Assembly: GCA_050014495.1 (NCBI GenBank)
Contig: JBEKDF010000001.1
Span: 64,001-128,000, forward strand
DNA length: 64,000 bases
Source of the DNA: Candidatus Bathyarchaeia archaeon
GTDB lineage: Archaea; Thermoproteota; Bathyarchaeia; TCS64
Direction: 5' to 3'
In this document: piece by piece, positions 27,848 through 37,931 of the stretch
Layout: each line of letters opens with the position of its first letter
Position numbering within the stretch: the stretch's first letter is position 1
Notes under the pieces: generated by a model
The model's database searches: none
Told to the model about the DNA's origin: nothing
The model's input: the letters and a program-made list of their open reading frames with translations, nothing else
Translations under genes and position numbers: made by a program

Positions 27848-28851
27848 GGTATCTCCACCTCATCAAGCCTCCACCTAGGGTCAACGTAACTAGTCTCTAT
27901 GGGGGTCCTTATGCCGTGTGTGAAAGCGAGTATTCCGGTCCATGCTATCATAGCGCCATTATCGGTAGCGAGACTAATGGGGACATAGTAGGGCTGAGCA
28001 CCCTGCTCCTCCGCGATTTCCTTGATGACTCCACGGAGCCTCTTATTGGCGCCGACTCCGCCGGTGAGGAGTAGTTCAGGCTTCTTCGTATGGGCAAGGG
28101 CTCTCTCAGTCACTTCCCCAAGCATTGCATAACCAGTCTCTTGCAGGCTATAACATAGGTCTGGGATACTATGCTTACCAGATTTGAACTCGTTGCTTAC
28201 AGCGGTTAAGAGGCCGCTGAAGCTCATGTCCATCCCCTTGACGGCATAAGGTAAAGGGATTAGCTTCGACCCTTGCTGGGCTAATTTTTCTATGGCGGGG
28301 CCACCTGGGTACTCTAGACCAGCTAGGCGGGCGAAGGTATCGAGGCAGTTCCCAATGGCGATGTCAAGGGTTTCCCCAAAGACGCGATAACGCCCAGACT
28401 CAAAACCAGAAACTATAGTGTTTCCTCCGCTGACATATAGTGTAAGAGGGTCCTTTGCACCTGTGGCAAGGCGCCCAACCTCGATGTGACTTACGCAGTG
28501 GTTAACACCTATTAGGGGTACCTTTAGGTAGCTAGCGAGGGCACGTGCCGATGTTGCGCCTGTGCGTAGGCAGGGGCCTAGGCCAGGGCCTTGAGCGAAT
28601 GATACGAAGTTGATGTCCTTAGCAGTGACCTGCGCCGTTTCAAGCGCAGTTGCAATGACAGCACCAATGTTGTCGGAGTGGTGGCGTGCTGCTTCGCGTG
28701 GGTGGATGCCACCGAGGTCGGGGACATACACCTTCACCTCGTTTGCTAGAATCTCTCCGTCGCTTGATGCTATGCCTACTCCTAGGTTGTCTGCAGTAGA
28801 CTCGATCCCCAGGCAGATTAGTGGATCTATTCCCGCCACCTTCAACTGCAT
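27838..28851 (-). CDS. kae1: tRNA t6A threonylcarbamoyltransferase Kae1
   Basis: GIESTA, GGIHP, HCVSH, VSGGNT, DNGAMIA. Confidence 0.96.
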   Translation of the reverse strand: MQLKVAGIDPLICLGIESTADNLGVGIASSDGEILANEVKVYVPDLGGIHPREAARHHSDNIGAVIATALETAQVTAKDINFVSFAQGPGLGPCLRTGATSARALASYLKVPLIGVNHCVSHIEVGRLATGAKDPLTLYVSGGNTIVSGFESGRYRVFGETLDIAIGNCLDTFARLAGLEYPGGPAIEKLAQQGSKLIPLPYAVKGMDMSFSGLLTAVSNEFKSGKHSIPDLCYSLQETGYAMLGEVTERALAHTKKPELLLTGGVGANKRLRGVIKEIAEEQGAQPYYVPISLATDNGAMIAWTGILAFTHGIRTPIETSYVDPRWRLDEVEIPWR

Positions 28852-29185
28852 CGTGAGGGATACCGATAAAAACCTTTAGAAAAAGGAGTTCTTTACACCA
28901 GAAGCATTTTTCAAATCAGTAAATGTTTGCTCTCCTGAATAAATAGGAGTAGAATAATCGAGTTTAGAGCTGAGGAGGTGAGGAACCACCAGCTGAGGGC
29001 TAAGAGCCCATCATATCCACCATCCACCGAAGATGGGTGGTCCGATAAGATTGCCTTTAAGAGATCAACCTTAAACCATTATCTGGTGAGACAACAGATA
29101 CCTATCGAAAGCTGTACTGCTCCCAACCATAGTTAAACATTCTTTACATGACTAAAGGTGTGAAAAATCAATGGATGACTATTCA

Positions 29186-29770
29186 CTAGCGCGCGCTCGC
29201 GTCACCACCCACGGAAGCGCTATGCCTCTTCACAATCTCCTCGATTTCCTTCTGCATCCCCGGGTTTTCCTCGATTATCTCGTTGAGCTTGGCGACGTTG
29301 CTTCTCCACATATTTTCAGAAGTGGAGTCCCATTCCCAAGCAAAGTCGAAGAGCTCCATTAAGCTGCGAATCGAGCCCTTCATGGAGTCGAATGCTATCT
29401 CCAAGTTCCTAGCTACCTCCCGGTCCTGGATGAGCATCTCGAGGATCGGGAAGTAGGCGATCCTCGCGTCCCCCCCAATGGTGACTTCAACGCCTGCGTC
29501 GAGAGATCTGATCCGTTCACGAGGGACCCCCATCCCCGAGAGAAACTCGACAGCATTCCCGGTAGCAATCTCCATAACCTCTGGAGGAAGGTACCCGAAG
29601 AACTCACGGTAGACAAGTGAAAAAGAGCCCGAGGGAGCACGCTCCAGCTTAACTTCAAGCCTATCCGGGACGAAGCCTACGCCCTTCCCCACACCATATT
29701 TCTTGAAAACATCGTTGATTTCCTTAAAAAGGAAACCAGCATCCAATCGCCCAGAGATATCCATCGACAC
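29186..29770 (-). CDS. Hypothetical protein
   Basis: 194-aa ORF with protein-like composition; no recognised motif. Confidence 0.6.
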   Translation of the reverse strand: MSMDISGRLDAGFLFKEINDVFKKYGVGKGVGFVPDRLEVKLERAPSGSFSLVYREFFGYLPPEVMEIATGNAVEFLSGMGVPRERIRSLDAGVEVTIGGDARIAYFPILEMLIQDREVARNLEIAFDSMKGSIRSLMELFDFAWEWDSTSENMWRSNVAKLNEIIEENPGMQKEIEEIVKRHSASVGGDASAR

Positions 29771-29803
29771 GCATACTCTGCAGAGATGATATAAACGAGA
29801 CCC

Positions 29804-30073
29804 CTATTTTGGGAGGGCCATCGTAGCCTTACGGAAATACTTTAGGACATTCATCCCCGACTCTGTAATCTCATATCTTTTGACGTCTCTCTCCTTCCCA
29901 GCCTGCTCCTCATTCTCAGTTATTAAGCCCTGAGTAATGAGATTGTTGAGAATATTTTGAAAAACCTTCCAGGAGAGGTTAGCACTATACATTATCCTCG
30001 TGGGCTTGGCTTCACCTTTCATTATAATCTCGAGGACTTCTATGTATATCTCGACTTTACCTCTCCTAGGCAT
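29804..30073 (-). CDS. Winged helix-turn-helix transcriptional regulator
   Basis: RR.K.EIYI.VL...KPTRIMYSANLSW...YEITESG; likely start ATG 30073. Confidence 0.85.
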   Translation of the reverse strand: MPRRGKVEIYIEVLEIIMKGEAKPTRIMYSANLSWKVFQNILNNLITQGLITENEEQAGKERDVKRYEITESGMNVLKYFRKATMALPK

Positions 30074-30565
30074 ATTGAACACATGCTTGATGTGGCGCAA
30101 ACATAAGGTTTTCCCAATCAGCCAATAATATACATATGATTTACCAAATCCATCTGTGCAGATACTCCTGAAACTATTTTTTAAAGGCAGATGGTGGGGT
30201 GACTTGAATACAACAAAAGAATGTGAGAGGAAGGTGGACAAGATGCGCGCGTGACCGACTTATAATCCAGCCAATATGAAGCCCTCATCCTTCGAGGACA
30301 GTATTAGTCAAAAAAATTCAGCATTCAACATTTAGGACCATCTTAAGTAATTATCAGTTGAAGTAGAGGAAGCGACGTAAATCTGTGTTATATCAAGAGG
30401 CTCACCGAAGACTAACTCGCTTAGAATTATGGACCAAAAACCTAACTTCTTGCTTAAAAAAAATGCTTAAAACACGTTAAAAACACAAAAATCTATATAA
30501 AAAATATGAATCAGGGAACCACAACGGCTTTTATCATCAACGTCTTAATGATATCGATCTTAGTA

Positions 30566-31123
30566 ATGTCTCTGAAGGAGAAGATAGACGTCCTTGACTT
30601 CCTCATAAGTATACTAAAGGAGCATGAAGAGAGCTTGTACGAGATAACCCAAAGACTCGAAAAGCTCTCCGAAAGGCTTGAATCGGGAGAGGTCAAGCCA
30701 GAGGATAAAACTCTAATAGAGGAGGCGAAAAGGCAAGCTGAAAATATTGTCTCAGACAAGTCCAGTATCTTGATAGTCGATGACGATGAGTTCCTCACCG
30801 AGACATTCAAGGTCATCCTGGAGACTGTAGGCTATAATGTGGAGATCGCTGCATCGGGTATGCAGGCGATACACAAGACTAAGGACCGGGACTTCGACTT
30901 AATAATTCTGGATATAAAGCTCCCCGACATCAATGGGGACGAAGTTGCCCGCATTATGAAAAAGCAGGGTAAGAAGACGAAGATAGTCATGATAACCGGC
31001 TACGAAAAACTCGCAGAGGGACTTAAAGGTGAGCCAATGGATGTAAAGGAAGTCCTTATGAAGCCTGTAAGTCCGAATAGTCTTCTTACTGTAACTAAGA
31101 AGGTTTTACAAGACAATAAGTAG
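30566..31123 (+). CDS. Response regulator: N-terminal coiled-coil segment plus receiver domain
   Basis: ILIVDDD, LDIKLPD (phospho-Asp), ITG, KP; N-terminal KIDVLDFLISILKEHE helix. Confidence 0.88.
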   Translation: MSLKEKIDVLDFLISILKEHEESLYEITQRLEKLSERLESGEVKPEDKTLIEEAKRQAENIVSDKSSILIVDDDEFLTETFKVILETVGYNVEIAASGMQAIHKTKDRDFDLIILDIKLPDINGDEVARIMKKQGKKTKIVMITGYEKLAEGLKGEPMDVKEVLMKPVSPNSLLTVTKKVLQDNK

Positions 31124-31188
31124 ACATTTTTTTTCACGACGTAACAGGAGAGGGATTTAATCTCTGGATGCAGTTTCTGTTTATTGAA

Positions 31189-31782
31189 TTGGGCGAGAGA
31201 TCAATTATCGCTAGGGAAGCGGCGAGACTTCTGTACATAGGAGCAGCTGAGGAGTACATACAAGCAAAGGGGATGGCTGCCTCGAGTCTCGGGATGAGGT
31301 CGATACCTAGTAATTTTGAGGTTGCTGTGGAGCTTGATCGTCTCGCTGATGAAGCAGAGGGAGGGGAGAGACAGAAGCGCCTCGAGGAGATGAGGAAAAT
31401 TTCCCTTAGAGTGATGAGGGATCTAAGTTCTTTCTCTCCTCGCCTCATCGGGAGCGTCTGGAGGGGAACTGCCCGAAAGGGGAGCGACATAGACATAGTT
31501 GCCCTCGCTCGGAGCCCTCTTGATGTCGAGAACTCCCTAAAGGAGTATAGGATCAAGGAGAAGGGGGAGGTCAATTTCAAGAATGGCGTTTATGCCTACC
31601 ATTTCAAGTTGGAGGTCGGGGAAGATGAAGTGGAGGTCGTTGTCAGAGATCCCGCTGGATATACGGAGAACCGTTGCGATATTTATGGTGACATTAAACG
31701 TGGTATCATGCTCCCGGAGCTGGAAAGACTTTTGAGAGTTAACCCATTAAGAAGATTCGTCCCTCGGAGGCGCTCTAGCTGA
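31189..31782 (+). CDS. Nucleotidyltransferase-domain protein
   Basis: IGSVWRG...SDIDI polymerase-beta-like motif; N-terminal AREAARLLY. Confidence 0.8.
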   Translation: MGERSIIAREAARLLYIGAAEEYIQAKGMAASSLGMRSIPSNFEVAVELDRLADEAEGGERQKRLEEMRKISLRVMRDLSSFSPRLIGSVWRGTARKGSDIDIVALARSPLDVENSLKEYRIKEKGEVNFKNGVYAYHFKLEVGEDEVEVVVRDPAGYTENRCDIYGDIKRGIMLPELERLLRVNPLRRFVPRRRSS

Positions 31783-33119
31783 ATCTATTCGGTTCTTCAG
31801 GAATACGTGGTGTCACAAACACCGAGATCACCCCAATATTAGCCCAGAAGCTTGGGTCAGCCCTCGCCACAATCCATGAAGGGGGGGAGTTCGTCGTGGG
31901 AAGAGACGCCCGAATCACTTCTCCTATGCTCGAGGCAGCGCTATCCGCTGGTATCACAGCCTGCGGTGGAGATGTGAAGCTCGTCGGCTTGCTACCTACA
32001 CCAGTCATCGCCTGGCTCACTCGAGGACTTGAGGTGAACACTGGTATTGCAATCTCCGCGAGTCACAATCCGCCACAGTACAATGGCCTTAAAGTCTTCA
32101 ACGACCGTGGCATGAGTTTTACAGAGAAGGAACAGGCCCAAGTTGAGACCCTCATGCAGAGTGGAGAGGTCGACTACGCCCCATGGGATAGCATTGGATC
32201 GGTTGATTCAACCGAGGCCGCATGGATGTACCTAGACGCCCTGCAGGATGTTATGGAACTTAGTAAGGAATGGAAGATCGCCTGTGATCTATTCTGTGGA
32301 GCAACGGGAACTATAGCAGCTGAAGCCTTTGAGGTATTCGGGATACATGCAACCTTAATCAATGGCAACCCCGATGGCCACTTCCCCGCTGGTGATCCCG
32401 AGCCGACCACCGAGAACCTTCACAGACTCGGTGCCTACATAAAGGCGACCGAGGCGGAAGTTGGCTTCGGATTTGACGGAGACGGTGATAGGATGATGGC
32501 GGTCGACGAGAAGGGTATCCCAGTGAGTGGGGACAGGATTCTCGCAGCCTACGCCGGTCACGTAATCGGAAAGGAAGGAAAAGGTACTGTCATAACTCAT
32601 GTCGGCGCCTCAATGTGCATCGAAGACGTAGTTGAGGCAGAAGGTGGGAAAGTGATACGTGTCAAGGTCGGAGACGCCTACATAACCGAGGAGATGGAGA
32701 GAAGGAGAGCAGTATTCGGTGGTGAGCCAATTGGGGCCTGGGTCTTCCCCGATGTGCATATGTGCCCCGACGGAATCCTCAGCGCTCTCAAGCTTCTTGA
32801 AGCACTTGAGGAACATGAAATGACTCTCTCACAGTTCGTCTCGAATGTTCCAGAGTACCCGATCAAGAGCACAAAGGTTGAAGTCCCGAACAAGTCTCTG
32901 GTAATGAAGGGGGTTGAGCAGAACTACAAGCGGATCTTCAATGAGGCAGAGGTGAACCGAGTGGATGGCGTCCGACTTCAACTGGCCGAGGGATGGATAC
33001 TTATACGCGCCTCCGGTACCGAACCTATCATAAGGCTCACTGCTGAGGGCAGAGATGAGAATTCGACCGCATCTCTTCTTGAACGTGGAAGGAAGCTCGT
33101 AATGGAGGTATCCAAGTGA
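31779..33119 (+). CDS. glmM: Phosphoglucosamine mutase / phosphohexomutase
   Basis: LFGSSGIRG, ISASHNP, FDGDGDR, RASGTEP; frame extends upstream to CTG 31779. Confidence 0.9.
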   Translation: MNLFGSSGIRGVTNTEITPILAQKLGSALATIHEGGEFVVGRDARITSPMLEAALSAGITACGGDVKLVGLLPTPVIAWLTRGLEVNTGIAISASHNPPQYNGLKVFNDRGMSFTEKEQAQVETLMQSGEVDYAPWDSIGSVDSTEAAWMYLDALQDVMELSKEWKIACDLFCGATGTIAAEAFEVFGIHATLINGNPDGHFPAGDPEPTTENLHRLGAYIKATEAEVGFGFDGDGDRMMAVDEKGIPVSGDRILAAYAGHVIGKEGKGTVITHVGASMCIEDVVEAEGGKVIRVKVGDAYITEEMERRRAVFGGEPIGAWVFPDVHMCPDGILSALKLLEALEEHEMTLSQFVSNVPEYPIKSTKVEVPNKSLVMKGVEQNYKRIFNEAEVNRVDGVRLQLAEGWILIRASGTEPIIRLTAEGRDENSTASLLERGRKLVMEVSK

Positions 33120-34354
33120 AGGCAGTAGTGATAGCAGCGGGGAAGGCGGAGAGACTTAGACCTCTCACATCGACGAGGCCAAAGCAATTAATACCGATTG
33201 CGGGAAGGCCACAACTAGAGTGGCTTCTCAGAGGAATCGCCGAGGCGGGGATCGAGGAGGCCCTTATCATCACCAATTATCTGGAGGACATGACCAAAAA
33301 GAGGTTTGGTGATGGTTCCGAACTTGGTTTAAAACTAACCTACGTGACTCAGAAGGAGATGAAAGGTACTGCCGACGCATTCCGGTACGCGGAGGCATTC
33401 GTCGCGGGGGATGATTTTCTAGGCATAAACGGGGATCTCTACCTGAGCCCGGGCATTATCAGCGAGGTAGTGAGAGCACATAGAGTTGGCGAATTAACAG
33501 TCACGGGTTTGGAAAGGGACCCCTATCTCTATGGTGCACTTAAGCTTCAGGGTGATAAGGTCTTAAGTATCGTAGAGAAGCCCTCCCCAAGTAGTGCACC
33601 CAGCAACGTCACTAATGCGGGCATCTACATCTTTCCAGAGAAAATATTTGATGCTATAAAGGCAACAAAGATCAGTCCAAGGGGAGAGTACGAGATCACT
33701 GACTCGGTGAACCACGTAATAGCCTCCGGCGTTTCAGCACGCGTCCATATGCTCGACGATGTTGATTGGCTTGACATCGGTCACCCTTGGCACGTCCTCG
33801 AGGCAAACACCAGAGCCCTCTCCAGACTCGAATCGAGGATAGAGGGAATAGTCGAGGAGGGCGTCCATGTCCAGGGACCTGTCTATGTCGCCTCCACATC
33901 CAGGGTGAGAAGCGGCGTCTATATCGAGGGCCCCGCCTACATAGGCCCAGACTCCGACGTCGGACCAAACAACTACATCCGTGCGGGCACCACCCTCGTC
34001 GGTGGCAACCGAGTCGGTGCAAGCTGCGAAGTCAAGAACACAATCCTCTTGGAGAAGGCCACAGTCCCCCATCTTAGCTATGTGGGCGACTCTATAATCG
34101 GGGAGCGCTGTAATCTCGGTGCAGGAACAATAACAGCAAATCTCCGTTTCGACCACAAGAACATTAAGATGACCATCAAAGGAGTGCGCATCGACACAGG
34201 ACTTCGAAAGCTCGGCACAGTCATGGGGGACGATTGTCAAACTGGCATAAATGTCAGTATCCACCCAGGTGTCATCATTGGCTCTGGTGCATGGATAGCC
34301 CCCGGTGTTACAGTCGAGAAAGACGTTCCAGAGGGCATTCTCCTTACATCCTAG
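33116..34354 (+). CDS. glmU: Bifunctional sugar-1-phosphate nucleotidyltransferase/acetyltransferase (GlmU-like)
   Basis: AAG...RLRPLT..RPK, SPRGEYEITD, hexapeptide repeats, HLSYVGDS. Confidence 0.88.
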   Translation: MKAVVIAAGKAERLRPLTSTRPKQLIPIAGRPQLEWLLRGIAEAGIEEALIITNYLEDMTKKRFGDGSELGLKLTYVTQKEMKGTADAFRYAEAFVAGDDFLGINGDLYLSPGIISEVVRAHRVGELTVTGLERDPYLYGALKLQGDKVLSIVEKPSPSSAPSNVTNAGIYIFPEKIFDAIKATKISPRGEYEITDSVNHVIASGVSARVHMLDDVDWLDIGHPWHVLEANTRALSRLESRIEGIVEEGVHVQGPVYVASTSRVRSGVYIEGPAYIGPDSDVGPNNYIRAGTTLVGGNRVGASCEVKNTILLEKATVPHLSYVGDSIIGERCNLGAGTITANLRFDHKNIKMTIKGVRIDTGLRKLGTVMGDDCQTGINVSIHPGVIIGSGAWIAPGVTVEKDVPEGILLTS

Positions 34355-34412
34355 GGCATACGCGAGAAGCTTAAGACAAATTAAATAACAGGGCCGACAG
34401 GGTCTTAGCCCG

Positions 34413-34745
34413 ATGGAGAAGAAGGACTTCAAAAGGCTCTTCCCCCACATTGCTGAGGAGATCGAGACAGATGCCTCAAAGGTTGACCTTAACAAGATTA
34501 ACGAGCCCACACCATCCACTGAGCCCAGCTACAAGGAGGACAGGAAATATGCCGGCTATCAACCCAGAGCCATCGATTTTATAAGAAGATGTAGAAAGTT
34601 ACAGGAGGCTGAGGAGATAATAAACTACCTCGAGAAGAGGGGTGAGATTGCTAGTGAGGAGGCCATGTTACTCAGAAAGCAGCTCAGCGAGGAAGGGCTT
34701 CGTAGCTTCGGTCCCCGAAAAAAGCCCGGCGACTACGAAAAATGA
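34413..34745 (+). CDS. Conserved archaeal protein (DUF2095-like)
   Basis: FPHIA.E, GY.P..IDFIRRC...EA.EII.YLEKRGEI, GLRSFG.RK..G.Y. Confidence 0.8.
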   Translation: MEKKDFKRLFPHIAEEIETDASKVDLNKINEPTPSTEPSYKEDRKYAGYQPRAIDFIRRCRKLQEAEEIINYLEKRGEIASEEAMLLRKQLSEEGLRSFGPRKKPGDYEK

Positions 34746-34819
34746 AATAGACACTCCCAAAATGTGGCAGTGCATGGCGTTTAAAAGACCTATAAGCATC
34801 GGCTACATATTATATATCG

Positions 34820-35146
34820 ATGTCTTTCTCAGAGAGAAGAGCAATCCTTCTTAGAATACTTGAGATTGAAACTAATATAAATGATATTGAGCACAGCAAG
34901 AATTATCTCATTACGAGAAGGGATCTTAAAGCGCTCGAGCACTTCGGAAGTGGTGGCGGGAGGATAGTTGTTTGCTCCCCCGAGGACCTTGACAGGACCG
35001 TTGAGATCAGGAAAAACAGCCCAGAAATGGGGGAGTATATTGCCCGCTACAAGGAAAGAATGAGGGGCGATAGGGAGCGAATTGACAGTCTCAACATCGA
35101 AAAGTCGAAGCTCAAAACGGAACTTTTAAACAATTCAAACCGGTGA
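34820..35146 (+). CDS. Hypothetical coiled-coil protein
   Basis: 108-aa ORF with an upstream TATA-like sequence; helix-hairpin-helix layout. Confidence 0.65.
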   Translation: MSFSERRAILLRILEIETNINDIEHSKNYLITRRDLKALEHFGSGGGRIVVCSPEDLDRTVEIRKNSPEMGEYIARYKERMRGDRERIDSLNIEKSKLKTELLNNSNR

Positions 35147-35259
35147 CTAACTAAGTCGCTATTCATTTATAGCCAAAGACGCCAAAAAAACACTTCGGGA
35201 GTTGATCATCGGCCACTTTTTAAGCCACGCTGTCCCCAAAGACCTAAGAAGGTCGGTTA

Positions 35260-35568
35260 TTGGGAAAGAAGAAAGTACTAAGCGAGAAGAATCTTCACAC
35301 GATGGTCCTACCATCGAAGAACGATGTCTTAGGGATAGCCCAGAAGATGCTCGGTTTCGATAGGGTCAGTGTAAAGTGTCAAGATGGCAATGTGCGCATC
35401 TGCCGCATCAGGGGCAAGATGAAGCGTCGCACATGGATACGCGAGGGCGATATCGTCCTAGTCAGCCCCTGGGACTTCCAGACAAATGAGCGTGGCGAGA
35501 TATTTTGGCGCTATACGCAGGGGCAGGTCGAGGAACTTAGACAGAAGGGAATACTTCTTATAGATTAA
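35260..35568 (+). CDS. eif1a: Translation initiation factor aIF-1A
   Basis: RICRIRGKMKRR.WIREGD.VLVSPWDFQ, WRY. Confidence 0.96.
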   Translation: MGKKKVLSEKNLHTMVLPSKNDVLGIAQKMLGFDRVSVKCQDGNVRICRIRGKMKRRTWIREGDIVLVSPWDFQTNERGEIFWRYTQGQVEELRQKGILLID

Positions 35569-35698
35569 ATGGGTGGAGAATTCGCCCGTTTATAATGGCA
35601 AATCAAAAAAAAACACATTTTTTATTTATACATTAGCAAAAGTTTGCCAGCGCTGAAAAGGGTTTTAGACTTGAAACTCCCCAGCATTACAGGTAAAC

Positions 35699-36907
35699 AT
35701 GCCACCCCTCGTAGGACTCGTAGGTAAGGCAAATGTTGGCAAGAGTACATTCTTCGCCGCTGCCACTCTCAAACCAGTTGAGATAGCCAACTTCCCATTC
35801 ACAACAATCAAAGCCAATAGGGGAGTAGGCTACTTACGCACCCCGTGCGTCTGCCGGGAATTCCACGTCAAAGATGACCCCAACAACAGTGCATGCGTAG
35901 ACGGCATCCGGCTCGTACCAATCGACCTCATAGATACCCCTGGTCTCATACGTGGTGCCCATGATGGAAAGGGCCTAGGTAACCAATTCCTCGACGAGGT
36001 TCGACGAGCCGACGCCCTCATTGTCGTGTGCGATGCAGCCGGCAGTACAGACGAAGCGGGTCAGAGCTGTGCCCCTGGCGCCCACGACCCTATTGACGAC
36101 ATAAAGCTCTTCGAAGAGGAATTTGATGCCTGGCTCTTTGGTATAGTAATTAAAGATTGGGAGCGCCTCGCCCGCACAGCCGAGATGAAGCATGAAGAGA
36201 TATGGAAGCACATAGATGAGAAGATAAATGGTCTAGGTATAACAAGCAGTCACATACAGAACGCCTGCGAAAGGGCGAAACTAAACCCATTCAAGGCCGC
36301 TCAGTGGACGAAGACCGAGCTACATATCTTCTGCACCGAGCTCAGAAAGGCATCGAAGCCCCTCATAGTGGCTGCAAATAAGGCCGACAGGGAGCCTGCC
36401 TCACACAATGTTGAGAGGATCAAAGCAGCAGGCTATAGGGTCGTCCCGACATGCGCCGAAGCGGAACTTGCTCTACGTCGGGCAGCCGAGGCCGGACTCA
36501 TTAGGTATACACCAGGAGATAAAGACTTCAACGTTCTTCAGCCCGAGAAGCTTAACACCAACCAGCTCAATGCACTGGAGAGCATACGTGAGAAGGTCTT
36601 TAAGAAGTGGGGTGGAACCGGAGTCCAGGACGCGATAAATGAAGCTTTTTACAACCTACTCGACATGATAGCAGTCTTTCCTGTAGAGGACGCTGAGAAG
36701 CTCACAGACAGTAAAGGTCGTGTGCTCCCAGACTGCTTCCTTGTACCTAAGGGAACCACCGCCCGCCAGTTTGCCGGAATCATACATACTGACCTAGCCA
36801 AGAGCTTCCTATTCGCCGTTGATGCCCGTACAAAGATGCGCCTGGGAGAAGCTAAAGTACTCAAGGACAAAGATGTAATACAGATAGTCTCTGCGAAGTC
36901 AAGGTGA
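35699..36907 (+). CDS. ychF: Obg-family YchF-like GTPase/ATPase with TGS domain
   Basis: GKANVGKST, PFTT, DTPG, NKAD, IHTDL. Confidence 0.9.
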   Translation: MPPLVGLVGKANVGKSTFFAAATLKPVEIANFPFTTIKANRGVGYLRTPCVCREFHVKDDPNNSACVDGIRLVPIDLIDTPGLIRGAHDGKGLGNQFLDEVRRADALIVVCDAAGSTDEAGQSCAPGAHDPIDDIKLFEEEFDAWLFGIVIKDWERLARTAEMKHEEIWKHIDEKINGLGITSSHIQNACERAKLNPFKAAQWTKTELHIFCTELRKASKPLIVAANKADREPASHNVERIKAAGYRVVPTCAEAELALRRAAEAGLIRYTPGDKDFNVLQPEKLNTNQLNALESIREKVFKKWGGTGVQDAINEAFYNLLDMIAVFPVEDAEKLTDSKGRVLPDCFLVPKGTTARQFAGIIHTDLAKSFLFAVDARTKMRLGEAKVLKDKDVIQIVSAKSR

Positions 36908-36911
36908 TGAG

Positions 36912-37838
36912 ATGAAGGACGTTAAGGTGCTCGTATGTGATCCAATTGATGAAGTTGGGGTCAAAATGCTTAGGGAGGCCGGTTACCAGGTTGATCTTAA
37001 GACGGATATAACCGGCGCCGACCTCGTAAAGACAGCAGTTGCCTACGACGCCCTCGTCGTGAGGAGCAGAACGAAGGTCACCAAGGAGGTCCTACAGGCT
37101 GGAAAGCCAAGACTCAAGATAATTGCACGAAGCGGTGTCGGTCTCGACAATGTCGATTCTGAAGCAGCAAAAACCCTCGGCATCCAAGTGGTCAACAGCT
37201 CCGAGGCACCGAGCAATGCAGTCGCTGAGCTAGTCATCGGCTACATGCTTAGCCTTAGCCGAAACATCGCCCGTGGTGACGCTTCTATGAAGCGTGGCGA
37301 GTGGGCGAAGAATAAGCTCACCGGCTTCGAGCTCAGTGGTAAGACAATGGGCATCGTCGGTTTTGGCCGGATCGGCTTCTTAGTCGGGAAGAAGACTAAG
37401 GCACTTGGTATGCGCGTCCTTTGCTACGACGTTTTAATAGATAAGATGATGAACCTAGTCCAAGAGGCTGGGGCAGAGGCAGTACCATTAGATAAGCTCC
37501 TCACAGAGTCTGACATCATCACAGTGCACGTCCCACTACTCCCTCAGACCAAGTATATGTTCAATGCCGTAACCATCGCCAAGATGAAGAAGGGCTCGTA
37601 TATCATTAACGCTGCCCGCGGGGGCATCATCGAGGAAAAAGCCCTAATCGATGCCTTAAAAACGGGACACCTAGCCGGTGCAGCTTTAGATGTCTACGAA
37701 GAGGAACCCACAAGGAACCTCGACCTCATTAAGATGGAAAATGTCGTCTGCACCCCCCATATAGGCGCAGAGTCGAAGGAGGCGCAGCTAGGGAATAGTA
37801 CAATAGTCGCTGAGAAATTAATAAAAACACTCGGTTGA
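36912..37838 (+). CDS. D-3-phosphoglycerate dehydrogenase-like D-2-hydroxyacid dehydrogenase (no ACT domain)
   Basis: VRSRT, GVGLDNVD, GFGRIG, NAARGG, DVYEEEP, TPHIGA. Confidence 0.88.
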   Translation: MKDVKVLVCDPIDEVGVKMLREAGYQVDLKTDITGADLVKTAVAYDALVVRSRTKVTKEVLQAGKPRLKIIARSGVGLDNVDSEAAKTLGIQVVNSSEAPSNAVAELVIGYMLSLSRNIARGDASMKRGEWAKNKLTGFELSGKTMGIVGFGRIGFLVGKKTKALGMRVLCYDVLIDKMMNLVQEAGAEAVPLDKLLTESDIITVHVPLLPQTKYMFNAVTIAKMKKGSYIINAARGGIIEEKALIDALKTGHLAGAALDVYEEEPTRNLDLIKMENVVCTPHIGAESKEAQLGNSTIVAEKLIKTLG

Positions 37839-37931
37839 TCCTCCAATTCCTTATAACGCAGGATATATTAACGCTAGCCAAGTTTAATAGGAGTCGACAT
37901 GGGGAGAGATTAACCTCCTGAGTAGGTGTGT

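Noticed and set aside
28969..28995. CTGAGGA followed by a stem, resembling a hammerhead core
   Set aside because: The required GAAA after stem II is absent
33734..34519. 261-aa minus-strand ORF
   Set aside because: Antisense to glmU and the DUF2095-like gene; not protein-like
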